64,000 nucleotides of DNA, from NCBI RefSeq assembly GCF_004010195.1, contig NC_057718.1:98841794-98905793 (forward strand), given 5' to 3'. Under the pieces are notes generated by a model. That model saw only the letters and a program-made list of their open reading frames with translations. It did not search any database and was not told where the DNA came from. The position numbers and the translations under genes were made by a program. Below, piece after piece: positions 1 through 13,428 of this stretch. Within the stretch, counting starts at the first letter, position 1, and each line of letters begins with the position of its first letter. This DNA comes from Chiloscyllium plagiosum. Lineage: Eukaryota.

Positions 1-851
1 ATAAATTTAAAGAGAGTAAAGATTGGCACTAGTTTCACCCTTCACCAATTGGTAATCAGGAAAATATCAACGATACTTCAAATAGTCAAAGCTGGAGCTG
101 GGATTTAAACGTTTGTGTTGGAAATTTATTTGTAACTTAGCCTTTTAATTTTTGTTCACTGAAATGCACACTCAGACCTCATGATAATACAATCCTTGGG
201 TTCCATATTGTGACACTCCACAGAGGTGAGACCATGTTATTCCATAAGCAATAATCTGCATGTTACTACTGAACCACAATGAAATTGGCATAGAGGAAGT
301 AAGATCAGAGAGTTGGATGTGTGGCTCAAAGATTGGCATGGAAGAGATGGGTTTTGATTCATGGGACACTGGCACCAATAGTGAGGGAGTATGGAACTGT
401 ACCATCTGTATCGCGCTAGGACCGGTGTACTGGAAAACTGTGTAACAAAGGTTAAACCATGGACTTTTAGCAAAGTAGTAGGTAAGAGTACAGTGGAAGG
501 TTCAAGTGAGGGATGATTTGTTAAGTTTAGAAGAAAGGCATTAGTCTATTGTAGTGATGCAGGCAAAGATAACCAGAGTACAACAGGAAGGAGGTACTTG
601 TGGCCCAGTAGTAATATCCCTCCCTTTGGGCCATGTGTTCAAGTCCCACCAGCACCAGAGGCATACAATAACACCTCTGAGCAGGCGAATTAGAAAATAT
701 CTACAACGGTACAGAGTATAGAAACATGAATGCACCAGCAAATAAGGTCAGAGTAGGGAGCATTTGGAAAAAGATAAAATTAGAGTCTTTTTTAATATCT
801 GAATGCACTTATAACAAGGGAGATGACTTGATAGTACAAATAGTTATATAG

Positions 852-1195
852 GAGGCCCAGTGGTTAGCACTGCTGCCTCACAGTGCCAGGGACCTGGGTT
901 TGATTCCTCCCTCGGGCGATTGTCTGTGTGGAGTTTGCACATTCTCCCCGTGTCTGCGTGGGTTTCCTCCGGGAGCTCCAGTTTCCTCCCACAGTCCAAA
1001 GATGTGCAGGTTAGGTGAATTGGCCATGCTAAATTGCCCATAGTGTTCTGGGATGTGTAGGTTAGGTGCACTAATCAGAGGAAATGTAAAGTAATAGGGT
1101 TGGGGAATGGGTCTGGGGGGATACTCTTCGGAGGGTCAGTGAGGACTTGTTGAGCCAAATGGCCTCTTTCCACACTGTAGCGATTCTATGATTCT
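852..1195 (+). mobile_element. HE1/V-SINE-type tRNA-derived SINE nested in old CR1
   Basis: A-box/B-box head (cagtggttagcactgctgcctcacag...gggtttgattcc), V-domain core (gtggagtttgcacattctccccgtgtctgcgtgggtttcctcc), CR1-like tail. Confidence 0.9.
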
Positions 1196-1532
1196 GAGTG
1201 TGATAAGATAACCATGATAGAGACATGGTTGCAAGGTGATTAAGAAAATATCTAGAAGGCATTGGTTTGGTTGCTACTTAAGCACATATAAAGAGCTGCT
1301 TGTCTCTTTATATGTTGGGATCTAAATATCCAAAGGTATTTTACACTTTGGAAGGACACAAAGAGCTGAAAAGGAGGGCTGGGTCACTCTGTTAATAAAG
1401 GATGAATTAGTTCAGTCATAAGAAATGGCGTTGGATTGGAGGAACATGTACAGAACCAGTTTGGATACAGATAAGAAACAGCAAATGAAATAATGATGCA
1501 AGTGGTTTCTAGCAGCCCCCCTGCCCCACTCA

Positions 1533-1872
1533 TGAGAGGCATAGATAGAGTGAATGCCACTCAGTCTTTTTCCCAGGATTGGAGAATTAAAGACTAGCGG
1601 GCATCAGTTTGAGGTAAGGGGGAAAGAATAAAAGGGAACCTGAGGGGCAACATTTTCACACAGAGGGTGGTACGCATGGAATGAGCTGCCAGCGGCAGTG
1701 GTTGGGGCGGGTACATTAATAACAGTTAAAAGGCATTTGGACAAATACGTGGATAGGAAAGGTTTAGAAGGAAATGGGCCAAGTGCAGGGACATGGGGTT
1801 AGTGTGGACGGACATTTTGGTCAGCATGTACCAGTTTGAGCTAAAGGGGCAGTCTCTACTGTTGGACTCTAG
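1533..1872 (+). mobile_element. CR1 3' fragment nested in older CR1
   Basis: TRGH..RGNIFTQRVV..WNELP-type C-terminal text and CR1 3' tail. Confidence 0.8.
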
Positions 1873-4011
1873 ACTTAATGACACTATGATTATTCAAATT
1901 GACAAAATTAGTCTGGAGGATGAGTTCACAGACTATATTTGGGATAGTTTCTTAGAACAACACATTCTAAAACCAATCAGAAATGGAGTATTATAGACCT
2001 GGTTATGTATAATGAGACAGGATTAAGTAATGATCTCGTAGTAAATGGTACACATGGTAAGAGTGATCACAACATGTAAGAATTCACATTCTCTTTGAGG
2101 GTGAGACATTTGGATCTGTCTGCTTGAACTTAATAAAAGCAATTACAGAAGTATGAAGACAAAGTTGACTAAAGTAGAAAGAGAAAATAGTGAAAATGTA
2201 AGACAATGCAGAAACAATGTAGACATTTGAGGAGATCGTAAGTAACTCTTAATAAAGATGTTTTCCACTGAAAAAGTTAGCTGCTATGGAAAGGATCAAT
2301 AGGTAATGAAGGAATGTAAGGAAATGGATAGAAAAGACATACACTGCTGCAAAACATATTAGTACCAGCTCAGGAGATTGTGAAAATGTTAAAAACTAGC
2401 AAAGCATAGGAGCAAGAAATATAAAATTAGACAGTAAAAGCTTCTGTAAGTTTAAGAAAATGGAAAGAGTAACTAAAGTAAGTGTTCATTCCTCAGAAAT
2501 GTGAAGGTGAGTGTGGAATTAATTGTGGGAAACAAGGAAATGGCAAAAAATGTGAACAAGTATTTTGTATCTGTCATCATACTAGAAGACACCAAAACAT
2601 TTCAAGAATAATAGAATTCAGGGCACAAAAGGGAAGGAAGAATGTGCAACAATCTAGATCACGAGAGAAACAGTACGAATGAAGCTAAGACTGGCAGCTC
2701 CCCAGAACCCGGTGCCCTTCATCCTAAACTTTTTAAAACAAAGTTTGCAGGGAGTGTATGCTTTGATTGGAATCTTTCAACATTCCCAGGATTTTCTAAC
2801 AGCCTTGGCAGATTCAAAAACCTCAAATGGTAATTGTCAAGAATGGAGGGAGACAGTGCAAGAAATTATAGGCCTGTTCGCCTAACATCCGTTGTTGGGA
2901 GAATGCTGGATCTCATTATTAAGGAAGAAGTAGCAGGACAATTAGAAAATCATAATACAATCAGGCAGTGACAACATGGTTTGTGAAAGGGAAGTCATGC
3001 TTATTAAGTTTCTTGAGATCTGACAGAGTGAACAAAGGGAAAGCAGCAGATATATTTTCAAAAGGCATTTCACATGGTACCAAATAAAATGTTACTGACT
3101 TCATGATGTTGAGGACGATATTATAACATGGTTAGAGGATTGGCTAACAAACAGAAAATACAGAGTCAGGATGAATGGGTCATCCTTGTGTTTCAAACTA
3201 ACTAGTGGAGTGCTGCAGGGATCAGTGCTGGGGAACTGATCCCAGCATTGTTTAATGTTTTTAATTATTGATTTGAATAAAAAGAGAAACGATACTGTAG
3301 CCAAATTTGCAGGTGATGCAGGAACAGGTAGGAAAGCAAGTTTTGAGGAAGTCATGAAGATTCTTTCAAGGGAGATGGATAGTTTAAATGAGTTGGCAAA
3401 AAAGGAGTAGATGCAGAATAATGGGCGAAAATGTGATCTTGTCCACTTTGGCCAGAACAATAGAAAATTAAATGAAGGGTGACTGTAGAATGCTACAGTA
3501 TAGAGGGATCTGGGTGTCTGTACGTGAATCACAAAAGGACAGCACGCAGTTTCAGCAAGTAATTAGGACACTAAATGGAATGCTAATCTTTATTGCAAGG
3601 GGGACAGTGTTTAAAAATTGGGAGGTCTTGCTGCAACTGTTCAAGCAATTAATGAGACTGCAGCCTGAGTAAAGTGTATAGGCTAAGACTCTTAACTTAA
3701 AAAGAGATGTACTTATTTTAGAAATTATTCAGTGCAATTTCATTGGCTTATTCTTTAGATGAAAGGATTGTCTTATGAAGAAAGATTGAGCAGGTTTGGC
3801 CTATACCCATTGGAGTTTAGGAGGTTCAGATGTGATCTTATTGAAACGTACTAAACCCTGAGAGGGGGCTTAACAGGGTGGATGCCCTGAGGATGTTTCC
3901 TTTTCGATTCTCCTGCTCCCTGGATGCAGCCTGACCTGCAGTGCTTTTTCCAGCGCCACACTTTTCAACTCTGATCTCTGTGGGGATGCAGTTTAAAAGT
4001 ATCAGTCATTT

Positions 4012-4235
4012 AAGTTAAAAATCATACAACACCAGGTTATAGTCCAACAGGTTTATTTGGAATCACTAGCTTTTGGTGCTTCCAAATAAACCTGTTGGAC
4101 TATAACCTGGTGTTGTGTGATTTGTATGACAGGACGGCGCAACATTGAGGGCCGAAGGGCCTGTACTGCGCTGTAATGTTCTATGTTCTATGTTCTATGT
4201 TGTACACCCCAGTCCAACACCGGCACTTCCAAATC
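4012..4235. mobile_element. Family B PLE-derived palindromic element with a CR1 tail fragment inserted
   Basis: Inverted arms acaacaccaggttatagtccaacaggtttatttgga / tccaaataaacctgttggactataacctggtgttgt; tail tgtacaccccagtccaacaccggcac. Confidence 0.75.
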
Positions 4236-4526
4236 AGGTCTGTCATTTAAATTGGAGATCAGGACACTTTCCAATGGTCTGCTCCTATATCTATTTCTTA
4301 AAGCCAGATGATCATAGTTGGAACCTGGAACACCAGAGCCTGGACTAATACTGTGTGCACAGTTCTCAGGCTTCAAAACACAGGTATAAAGCAGTGTTGT
4401 GTAAAATCAACCATTTAATTATTTGGTTGCTTTGATTTTTGCAAATGGCTGTGTTTTAATGCGAGACTTGTGGCCAGATTTGCAAAATTAAATCTTTAGG
4501 ATACAGGATGTCCCTCAGTTATACTG

Positions 4527-5525
4527 ATCGATGCTGGGTCTACAACTTTTCAGCTATTATATAAATGACTTGGATGTGAGCATAAGAGGTATAATGAGTA
4601 AATTTACAGATGACACCAAAATTGAAGGTGAGGCGGACAGCGAAGAAGGTTACCTCAGATTACAACGGGATCTTGATCAGATGGGCCAATGTGCTGAGAA
4701 GTGGCAGATGGAGTTTAATTCAGATAAATGCAAATCGCTGCATTTTGGGAAAGCAAATCTTAGGACTTATACACTTAATGATAAGGTCCTAGGGAGTGTT
4801 GCTGAACAAAGAGACCTTGGAGTACAGTTTCATAGCTCCTTGAAAGTGAAATCGCAGGTCGATAGGATAGTGAAGAAGGCGTTTGATATGCTTTCCTTTA
4901 TTGGTCAGAGTATTGAGTACAGGAGTTGGGACGTCATGTTGCGGCTGTACAGGACATTGGTTAGGCCACTGTTGGAATATTGCGTGCAATTCTGGTCTCC
5001 TTCCTATTGGAAAGATGTTGTGAAACTTGAAAGGGTTCAGAAAAGATTGACAGGGATGTTGCCAGGGTTGGAGGATTTGAGCTATAGAGAGAGGCTGAAC
5101 AGGCTGCGGCTGTTTTCTTTGAAATGTCTGAGGCTGAGGGGTGACCTTATAGAGGTTTATAAAATCATGAGGGGCATGGATAGCATAAATAGACAAAGTC
5201 TTTTCCCTGAAGTGGGGAAGCCCACAATGAGAGGGCATAGATTTAGGGTGAGAGGGGAAAGACATAAAAGAGACCTAAGGGGCAACTTTTTCACGCAGAG
5301 GGTGATACCTGTATGGAATGAGCTGCCAGAGGAAGTGGCTGAGCCTACTACAATTGCAACATTTAAAAGGTATCTGGATGGGTATATGAATAGAAGGGTT
5401 TGGAGGGATAGGGGCTGGGTGCTGGCAGGTAGGACTAGATTGGGTTGGGATATTTGGTCGGCATGGACGGGTTGGACCAAAGGGTCTGTTTCCATGCTGT
5501 ACATCTCTATGACTCTATAACTATG
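4527..5525 (+). mobile_element. CR1 (HER1-like) LINE, 5'-truncated; RT C-terminal ORF 4531..5520
   Basis: YINDLD...KFTDDTK, LVRPLLEYCVQFWSP, RGNFFTQRV motifs; ctctatga-type tail. Confidence 0.95.
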
Positions 5526-6013
5526 ATATGGATTGTGTTGCAGTGTAATAGCCTTGTATACGACCAATGTCATATTATAAGTATAGATCAGTGCTGCACT
5601 CCATGAACATAAATTGCTTAGCTTTTCTTCGGCTTATCTTTCAAAATCAAATCCGTCTTATTATCCATAAGATTGATTCTCGTGGAGGTTTTTATAATAG
5701 ATATGAGCAGAAATTGTTGCTTAGTCATTTCTTCATACTGTGTAAGTTTGATAAAACAATTATGAAGTCATAATCAGAGCAACTTCTCCACAAATCTCTT
5801 TCAGCCTCCACAAGACAATTTCCTGTTGTTAAATAACAAAGCAGTGAGATTAAATACCAAATAACATCATTAATTTCAGTGCTTACATCAGACTCTGGTT
5901 TTAACCTTTTAGTTCTTCTGAACCTTTAGAATTCTGAAACTTTTTTGTTAACTTGCTGATTTTCTTTTTCGTTCTTCCCTTTTCCTCCATATGTCTATTT
6001 TAAAAAAAAACAG

Positions 6014-6062
6014 AGCAAGGATGCTGGCATCAGAACTTTGGTCATGCTGGATGAACAAGGAG
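6014..6062 (+). CDS. SNAP25: SNAP-25 coding exon 4 (49 nt; SKDAGIRTLVMLDEQG)
   Basis: cag acceptor and gtatgg donor; translation matches vertebrate SNAP-25 residues ~39-54; ends in phase 1, matching both exon 5 copies. Confidence 0.97.
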
Positions 6063-6217
6063 GTATGGTTTGAAACATTTCAATGTTTAAATGTGTGTTG
6101 GTATGAAATGGACAATTTGAAATGTTTTGTTTTGAACTCTATTGAAATTAGTAAAGCATACTTTTTCTCACCATGATGAGCTACTTGAGAGTGTACTACA
6201 GAATACTACAGATGTTT

Positions 6218-6402
6218 TGAAAAGTGTGGCGCTGGATAAGCACAGCAGGTCAGGCAGCATCTGAGGAGCAGGAATGTCGACGTTTCATCAGGCTTATAAC
6301 GTCGACTCTCCTGCTCCTCGGATCCTGCCTGACCTGCTGCGGTTTTCCAGTGCCATACTTTTCAAACTCTGATCTCCAGCATCTGCAGTCCTCACTTTCT
6401 CC
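6218..6402. mobile_element. Family A PLE-derived palindromic mini-element (centre deleted)
   Basis: Inverted arms plus tail ctccagcatctgcagtcctcactttctcc; ~14-bp TSD tactacagatgttt / tactgcagatgttt (from 6204 and 6403). Confidence 0.8.
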
Positions 6403-6532
6403 TACTGCAGATGTTTGTGAGATGGAGCAGTTTAAAAAAAAGGATGTAAAATGGTATAAATGTAATTGTCCGTTATACATGATCACAGAGTTAGTACCTG
6501 AAAGGATTAATTGACATCACAAGATAATTTTA

Positions 6533-6870
6533 GGGTTGGCATAGTAGCTCAGTGGTTAGCACTGCTGCCTCACAGTGCCAGGGACACAGGTTCAATTCTA
6601 GCCTTGGGCAACTGTCGTTATGCAGTTTGCACATTCTCCCTGTGTCAGTGAGGGTTTTCTCCATGTGCTCCAGTTTCCTCCCACAGTCCAAAGATGTGCA
6701 GGTTAGCTGGGTTGCCCCTGTTAAATTGCCCATTGTGTCCATGAATGTGTGGGTTAGCCATGGGAAATGCAGGGTTACAGGGATAGAGTAGGGGGGGTGA
6801 GTCTGGGTGGGGTGCTCTTTGGAGAGTTGATGTTGACTTGATGGGCCTGTTCCACTCTGTAGGGATGCTA
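6533..6870 (+). mobile_element. HE1/V-SINE-type SINE
   Basis: Same head and core as 852-1195. Confidence 0.9.
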
Positions 6871-6970
6871 TGAAATAATTTCCATTCATCTGTATATTAG
6901 GGGGTCCTCCTGGGAGGAGCTAACCAGCTGTCCGTGTACTCATCAGAGTGTGCTCAAATAATTGTTATTA

Positions 6971-8022
6971 GTCATAGAGTCATAGAGAAGTAAAGTGTGG
7001 AAACAGACCCTTCAGTGCAACCCATCCTTGCGGACCAGATATCCCAACCCAATCTAGTCACACCTGCCAGCACCCAGCCCATATCACTCCAAACCCTTCC
7101 TATTCATATACCCATCCAAATGCCTTTTAAATGCTGCAATTGTATCAGCCTCCACCACTTCCTCTGGCAGCTCGTTCCATACACATACCGTGAAAATGTT
7201 GCCCCTTAGGTCTCTTTTGTATCTTTCCCCTCTCACCCTAAACCTATGCCCTCTAGTTCTGGACTCCCTCACTCCAGGGAAAAGACTTTATTTATCCTTT
7301 CCATGCCCCCCATAATTTTGTAAACCTCTATAAGGTCACCCCTCAGCCTCCGACGCTCCAGGGAAAACAGCCCCAGCCTGTTCAGCCTCTCCCTGTAGCT
7401 CAAATCCTCCAACCCTGGCAACATCCTTGTAAATCTTTTCTAAACCCTTTCAAGTTTCACAACATCTTTCCGATAGGAAGGAGACCAGAATTGCACGCAA
7501 TATTCCAACAGTGGCCGAACCAATGTCCTGTATAGCCGCAGCATGACCTCCCAACTCCTGTACTCAATACTCTGACCAATTAAGGAAAGCATATCAATCA
7601 CCTTCTTCACTATCCTATCTACCTGCGACTCCACTTTCAAGGAGCTATGAACCTGCACTCCAAGGTCTCTTTGTTCAGCAACACTCCCTAGGACCTTACC
7701 ATTAAGTGTATAAGTCCTGCTAAGATTTGCTTTCCCAAAATTTATCTGAATTCAACTCCATCTGCCACTTCTCTGCCCATTGGCCCATCTGATGTAATCT
7801 GAGGTAATCTCCTTCGCTGTCCACTACACCTCCAATTTTGGTGTCATCTGCAAACTTACTAACTATACCTCTTATGCTCACATCCAAATAATTTATATAA
7901 ATGATGAAAAGTAGAGGACCCAGCACCGATCCTTGTGGCACTCCACTGGTCTCAGGCTCCAGTCTGAAAAACAACCCTCCACCACCACCCTCTGTCTTCT
8001 ACCTTTAAACCAGTTCTGTACC
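6971..8022 (-). mobile_element. CR1 (HER1-like) LINE, 5'-truncated
   Basis: Minus-strand ORFs with [27 protein letters not shown] and LVRPLLEYCVQFWSP. Confidence 0.95.
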
Positions 8023-9142
8023 AGTGTAAACAGTTAAAGTCATAATGTGAATTTAAGTTGAGTCTGATGTCTTGGAAGAGGTCATAACGTATCTTAGAAA
8101 GAAAGTAATTAGTTATTAAATAATATGTAATAAACATACTAAGACTGAACCTGGTTTTACTTAAGATTTCAAGTGGGCATCACACCCCAACTGTCCTGAC
8201 TAATTCCATCAGGAATGATTGATGACAATGAATTTACCCAAGATATCCCAAATGGTTCCAGCAGACGTAAAACGTATACCAGAAAACATACTCCTTTGAA
8301 TTCTAAACTGTACACAAGAGGACCCGATTTTAACTCTGCATTTTGTTTGAGTTAAAATCAGGCCCTGTCTATAGATATTACTTTTGGGTGTTCTTTCTAT
8401 TGCTATTGTTAGGCTGTGTTTCCAACTTTATTGACACCAAGGGGGATTCTGAAATAGCTTTGGCAGACAACCTGCAGAAATGTGTTGTTTTAATATTGGC
8501 AGAACTTCAACCCCTAACTCTCAGAACATATAGGATAAGGGGTGAGTGCCACATTTTTCAGGATATTTCTAAAGGAACCTTAAGAATCCACAGCCAAAAA
8601 GACATCAGAGGTGAAAGCCAACACTTTTGATCAGTCAGCTCATTCTCAGGAAATGCCACAAACTATTGGAGCCCCGAAAATATGAAATTCACTGAGGTTT
8701 GAGAGTCTACATCCTGCAGGTTCACTAACATGAGGGACTACAAATATATTCAGAAACTGACTTGAATTGGGTTCTGATTAACACAGTGCAGTTTGTGGAG
8801 TAGACAGCATAGATGTGTTCAAAATTATGTAAAGGTAGGGGAGGAGAGAGAGAGAGAAGTAGAAGTAAAAACAGGGAATGCTGGAAACAGTCGGTAGATA
8901 AGGCAGTATCTGTGGAGACACAAGAGAGAGAGAGAGACAGAGAGAGAGAAGCAGGGCTAATGTTTCAGGTCCGTGACATTTCAACAGAATAAATGTTGTC
9001 TGACCAGTTATGTGTTTCCAATATTTTCCAATTTATTTCAGATTTCCAGAAATCACTGCACTTTCCTTTTGTAGATAGAAGCAGGACACTATTAGCAGCA
9101 GAGGTGTATCGAAGGATGGGTCATCAACCCAAGCACAAAGGG

Positions 9143-9293
9143 CTGAAAATGTGTTGCTGGAAAAGCGCAGCAGGTCAGGCAGCATCCAAGGAACAGGAGA
9201 ATCGACGTTTCGGGCATGAGCCCTTCTTCAGCTGCGCTTTTCCAGCAACACATTTTCAGCTCTGATCTCCAGCATCTGCAGCCCTCACTTTCT
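9143..9293. mobile_element. Family A PLE-derived mini-element
   Basis: 15-bp TSD cccaagcacaaaggg (9128-9142, 9294-9308); minus-strand HHR-like core at ~9203-9231. Confidence 0.85.
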
Positions 9294-9699
9294 CCCAAGC
9301 ACAAAGGGGCCAGGTTAATTTTAACAAACATCTGTGGGTTTAGAAAAGCAATGATTACTTACCTGTTCAGATCCTCACCCATTTATATCACTTTGGATTT
9401 TAACTTGCATCTTTCCACAATTCTGGGGGAGCGAGGTTTATTGGCAGAGGTAGGGGAAAAGTGAAAGGTGGTCAAACAAAGAGTCTATAAATTTAAAATG
9501 ATCCATGAGATCCTGATTGCACTTTAAGTCGGGAAATCAAATTGTCTTTCCTGCTTAAAGCCAGAAGTCATGATGTCTATCTCAACTCTCCCTGATCTCT
9601 AGTAAGTTAACTTCTGCATTGACTGCATTGTTCACTTCCTATAACCTTGGTTTGATGCTTGCATCTGTAACAGCACTCATGAGGCTCACATCGTCCAGG

Positions 9700-10070
9700 G
9701 CAAAGCAGCTTACTTCATCTGCATCTCAACCACCACTTTGAGAATTCACTTCCTTTTCCTTCCATCCACAGGTTGGCAGCAGTATGTAATTTACGCAGCA
9801 CATTACCAAGGCTCCTTCTATAGCATCTTTCAAACTCATGACTTTGACTGCCGAGAAGGGCAAACGTAGCAGATTCTTGGGACCAAAATTCCCCGCAACC
9901 ATGCTCCATCCTGATTACAAAGCTTCTCTGGATCAAATTCCCTCCTAAACAGCATTGCGGGTACACCTGAAAACCCTCATGGATCACAATGGTTCAAGAT
10001 GCCAGCTTACCAGCACCTTTTCAAGAGCAATAAAGGATGTGCAAAAAGTGCCAATGATACCACATACCAT
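9700..10070 (+). mobile_element. Degenerate L2-like LINE 3' end / DeuSINE-type tail
   Basis: Similar to 28070-28800, ending in cagcttaccagcacctttt...gcaataaaggatg. Confidence 0.6.
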
Positions 10071-10887
10071 GAAAATATTTGGAAAATAAATTCCTTTCTC
10101 ATGTTCATTGCCACCGACTCAACCTCCCCATCTCTCATGGCCTCTTCACTCTGCATCTAATGATCATGGATGATACCATCAGCAACCACTTGCTTGTATC
10201 TCCCATACCACACACCCTACCCTCTTTCAATATCAGTTCCTTCTGCATTTCTCCCTGAGCTACACATTGAAAACCTACCTCTTTCATGATTGTGCATTGT
10301 CCCCCAGTCCCCTTGCAAAATGGCACAAAATTACATCCAAACATTCAAGCTTTAAAAGTTATTTCTGTACTTTCATAGGCTTTTTCAAAACGGTGCTTTC
10401 CCTCCCTGTGCTGTCCCTTCTGGTTTTGGGGATGTGGTATAAAGGTTCTGAGAGGGTTGAAGATGAGGCAAGTGTGAGTTATCTCTGGGGTCAGTTTAAT
10501 AGTTATTCAGGAGGTAAGCAAGGTAATGAGTAGTCTAAAAAATTCCTCGGTAACTATTTCACCTACTTTAGTTTGAACATTCAAAGTCTCCAAATTAAAT
10601 GGAGACTTTCAGAGGTTCCCAGGCATAGGAGAATTTTTCAGTAGAATCTTCAATTTCCTTCTTTGGTGTATTCAACAATGGCAATACTGCAGGATATCCA
10701 TGCAGCACTTCTATCTACACTGGATTAATGATATCTGCCCAGTGGAAACTCTGGTCCATTACAAGTTATAAAATAAACATTATAGTAGAGCAACTGGTTA
10801 CAGGGTGTCCCTGTACCCTCAGCAACTCAGCTCCACAAAACTAAAGTCTCTTAAAGGTAAAAATATACATAGAACATATAGCAACGT

Positions 10888-11209
10888 ATACATAGAATCC
10901 CTACAATGTGGAAGCAGGTCATTCAATGCATCAAGTCCACACCAACCATCTGAAGAGCAATCCACCCAGATCCCACCCCCACATTCTATCCCAGTAACCC
11001 TTCATTTCCCACAGTTGATCCATCTAGCCTGCACATCCCTGGATTCTATGGGCAATAAGATGCGCATCTTTGGAGTGTGGGAGGAATCCAGTGCAGACAC
11101 AGGGAGAATGTGCAAACTCTACACAGCCACTCGCCCAAGGGTGGAATCAAACCCAGGTCCCTGGTGCTATGAAGCAGCAATGCTAACCACTGAGCCACCA
11201 TACTGCCCC
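10888..11209 (-). mobile_element. HE1/V-SINE-type SINE
   Basis: Reverse complement of HE1 head and core. Confidence 0.85.
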
Positions 11210-12185
11210 ACGAGGATAAGCATATTTTCACTTACTGTGGAAATCAAATGATGCTGGCCAAAAATTGCATGACAAATGGGTTGCTGATGTTTCAATGGAA
11301 TAGGTGTCCCATTTCAGTGATCAGGGAATACAAAATGCCACTGATCTCCAGCGCTTCCCCTTTTGAAGTTGTTTGCTAGGAAATCATGGAGGACCATCTC
11401 CTTGTTCTCCCTCTTCTTTGCTTTGCTCCCCTTCATGTCTTCTGCTTTCTTCTCCTTCAAATGTACCGGGGCATAAACAAACTGATAACTGACTGTGATG
11501 ACATGTGGTCTCCCACTGGATGTCATGTAGGTGGTGAGGGTGAAGGAGTGGGACTCACCAACATTTAAATGGAAAGAGTACCAATTATAACAGCAAATCT
11601 AGTCAGGCACCTACAACAATGACACCAAATGTCAAGTGCGTCTATGAAGCTATAACACGTCATCACTCAGCAATGCAAATAGGATTCTAAGCCAAGTGGT
11701 GTCATTGACACCCAGTGAGCAAGCCATGTGGCAGTAAGGCAAAATATACCAACTCGATTGTAATGCTGTGTGCAAGCTTGGAACAATTTAAGGCAGAAAC
11801 TCTGATCTACAGCCATTGAACATTTTGTTGAAACTGCATTTGACATGAACCTAACTCAAAGAAGATGTGAAAATCTCAAAACGTACATCGTGTTCTTCAA
11901 AATGCTGAAGGCCGAGTTAATTTTTTCGAACAAATTAATTGTATATTACATTTGAGCTGCACTTTACCCATATTTCAAAACTGATAAAACTGGAAAACTT
12001 ATTTTCCATTGCAATTTACATTTCAGTAAAAATGGTCCAATTGATAGAGAAACAGAGAGAGAGAGAGCAGGAAAGAAAGGAAGTGAGTATTTATTGATCA
12101 CTTTGCATGTCCTCAAGACACCATACAGTGATTCGCAGGCAATTAAATGAATCCTGAAGTGTAGCAAGAATACAAGCCAACTGCT

Positions 12186-12313
12186 GCCTATGGCTGTACT
12201 AGTCTGAAAACAATCTCATTTTGGAATTTGGATTTTGGAAGTGAAGCAGACTCAGTTCTGGTTGGCACTTGGATGGGAGACTGCCTGGGAATGCCAGATA
12301 TTATGGAAAAAAA
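12186..12313 (+). pseudogene. Degenerate 5S rRNA pseudogene or 5S-derived SINE3 head with short A tail
   Basis: gcctatggctgtactagtctgaaaac...gaagcag...ctggttggcacttggatgggagactgcctgggaatgccag aligns colinearly with vertebrate 5S rRNA, including the C box. Confidence 0.7.
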
Positions 12314-12499
12314 GGCACTAGTGGGACATTGTCCCTATCTCTGTTCTAGATGATCTGGGCTCAAGTCTCACCTGCTCCAGAGATGTGTCATTATGTGTCT
12401 AAAGAGATTCATTTTCAACAATACCAGTAGCAAAATAGAATCATGAAATGTTGGAAACCCAGGTAGTAACAGAAAGAGAGAAATACAGTTAAATCTTAA

Positions 12500-13428
12500 A
12501 ATGTAAGACATAGGAGCAGGAGTAGACTATTTGAACTTCTAGCTTGCTCTGCCATTCAATAACCTTAAGACCATAAAAAAAAGACCAAGCGTAGGCCATT
12601 CAGCCCCTTGAGCCTCCTCTGTCATTCAGTAGGATCATTGCTGATCCAACATTCCTCACGTCTACTTACCTCTCTTTCTCCATAACCCTTGATTCTACTA
12701 CTAATCAAAAATCTATTTATCTCAGCCTTAAATATACTCAAGGACTCTGCCCCCACAGCTCTCTGTGTCAAGGAATTCCAAAAACTCACAACCTTCTGAG
12801 AGAAGAAATTCCTTCTCATCTGATCTGATTGTAGTCTTAACTTAGAGCATAGAACATTACAGTGCAGTACAGGCCCTTCAGCCCTCGATATTGTGCTGAC
12901 CTGTGGAACCAATCTGAAGCCCATCTATCCTACACTATTTCATTCTTGTCCATATGCCTATCCAATGACTATTTACATGCCCTTAAAGTTGGTGAGTCTA
13001 CTACTATTGCAGGGCATTCCATGCCCTTACTACTCTTTGATTAAAGAAGCTACCTCTGACATCTGTCCTATATCTATCACCCCTCAATTTAAAGCTATGT
13101 CCCCTCATGCTAGCCATCACCATCCGAGGGAAAAGGCTCTCCCTGTCCACCCTATCTAACCCTCTGATTATCTTGTATGTCTCTATTAAGTCACCTCTTA
13201 ACCTTCTTCTTTCTAACAAAAACAGACTCAAATCCCTCAGCTTCTCCTCATAAGACTTTCCCTCCATTCCAGGCAACATCCTGGTAAATCTCCTCTGCAC
13301 CCTTTACAATGTTTCCACATCCTTCCTATAATGCGGCCATCAGAACTGTACACAATATTCCAAGTGCGGCCACACCAGAGTTTTGTACAGTTGCAACATG
13401 ACCTCATGGCTCCGAAACTCAATCCCTC
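12500..13428 (-). mobile_element. Two adjacent CR1 3' fragments
   Basis: ORFs MRRNFFSQKVV..WNSL and QRRFTRMLPG..RLRGDLIETYKII. Confidence 0.85.

Larger units (their letters stand above)
230..3900 (+). mobile_element. Old, near full-length degenerate CR1 LINE interrupted by younger insertions
   Basis: Relic ORF1 esterase-like text (WLKDW..GF.FMGHWHQ, ~320-410), endonuclease-like text (DSFLEQHILKPIR, ~1920-1990) and RT-region text (GVLQGSVLG...KFAGDA, ~3200-3320), all with stops and frameshifts. Confidence 0.75.

Noticed and set aside
4531..5520. 329-aa ORF, the longest in the window, as a host gene
   Set aside because: It is the C-terminal part of CR1 ORF2 (FADD changed to FTDD), 5'-truncated and multi-copy in the window
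1..6013. SNAP25 exons 1-3
   Set aside because: No SLESTRRMLQLVEE- or N-terminus-encoding segment found; they presumably lie upstream of the window
6218..6402. Classifying the palindromic family A/B/C elements as DNA-transposon MITEs
   Set aside because: TSDs are long and variable (about 11-18 bp), arms are asymmetric with a one-sided tail, and the family A and C sequences match PLE terminal repeats in this window
6926..6944. Possible REST/RE1 site (agctgtccgtgtactca)
   Set aside because: Only one half-site matches; the second half is degenerate and mis-spaced
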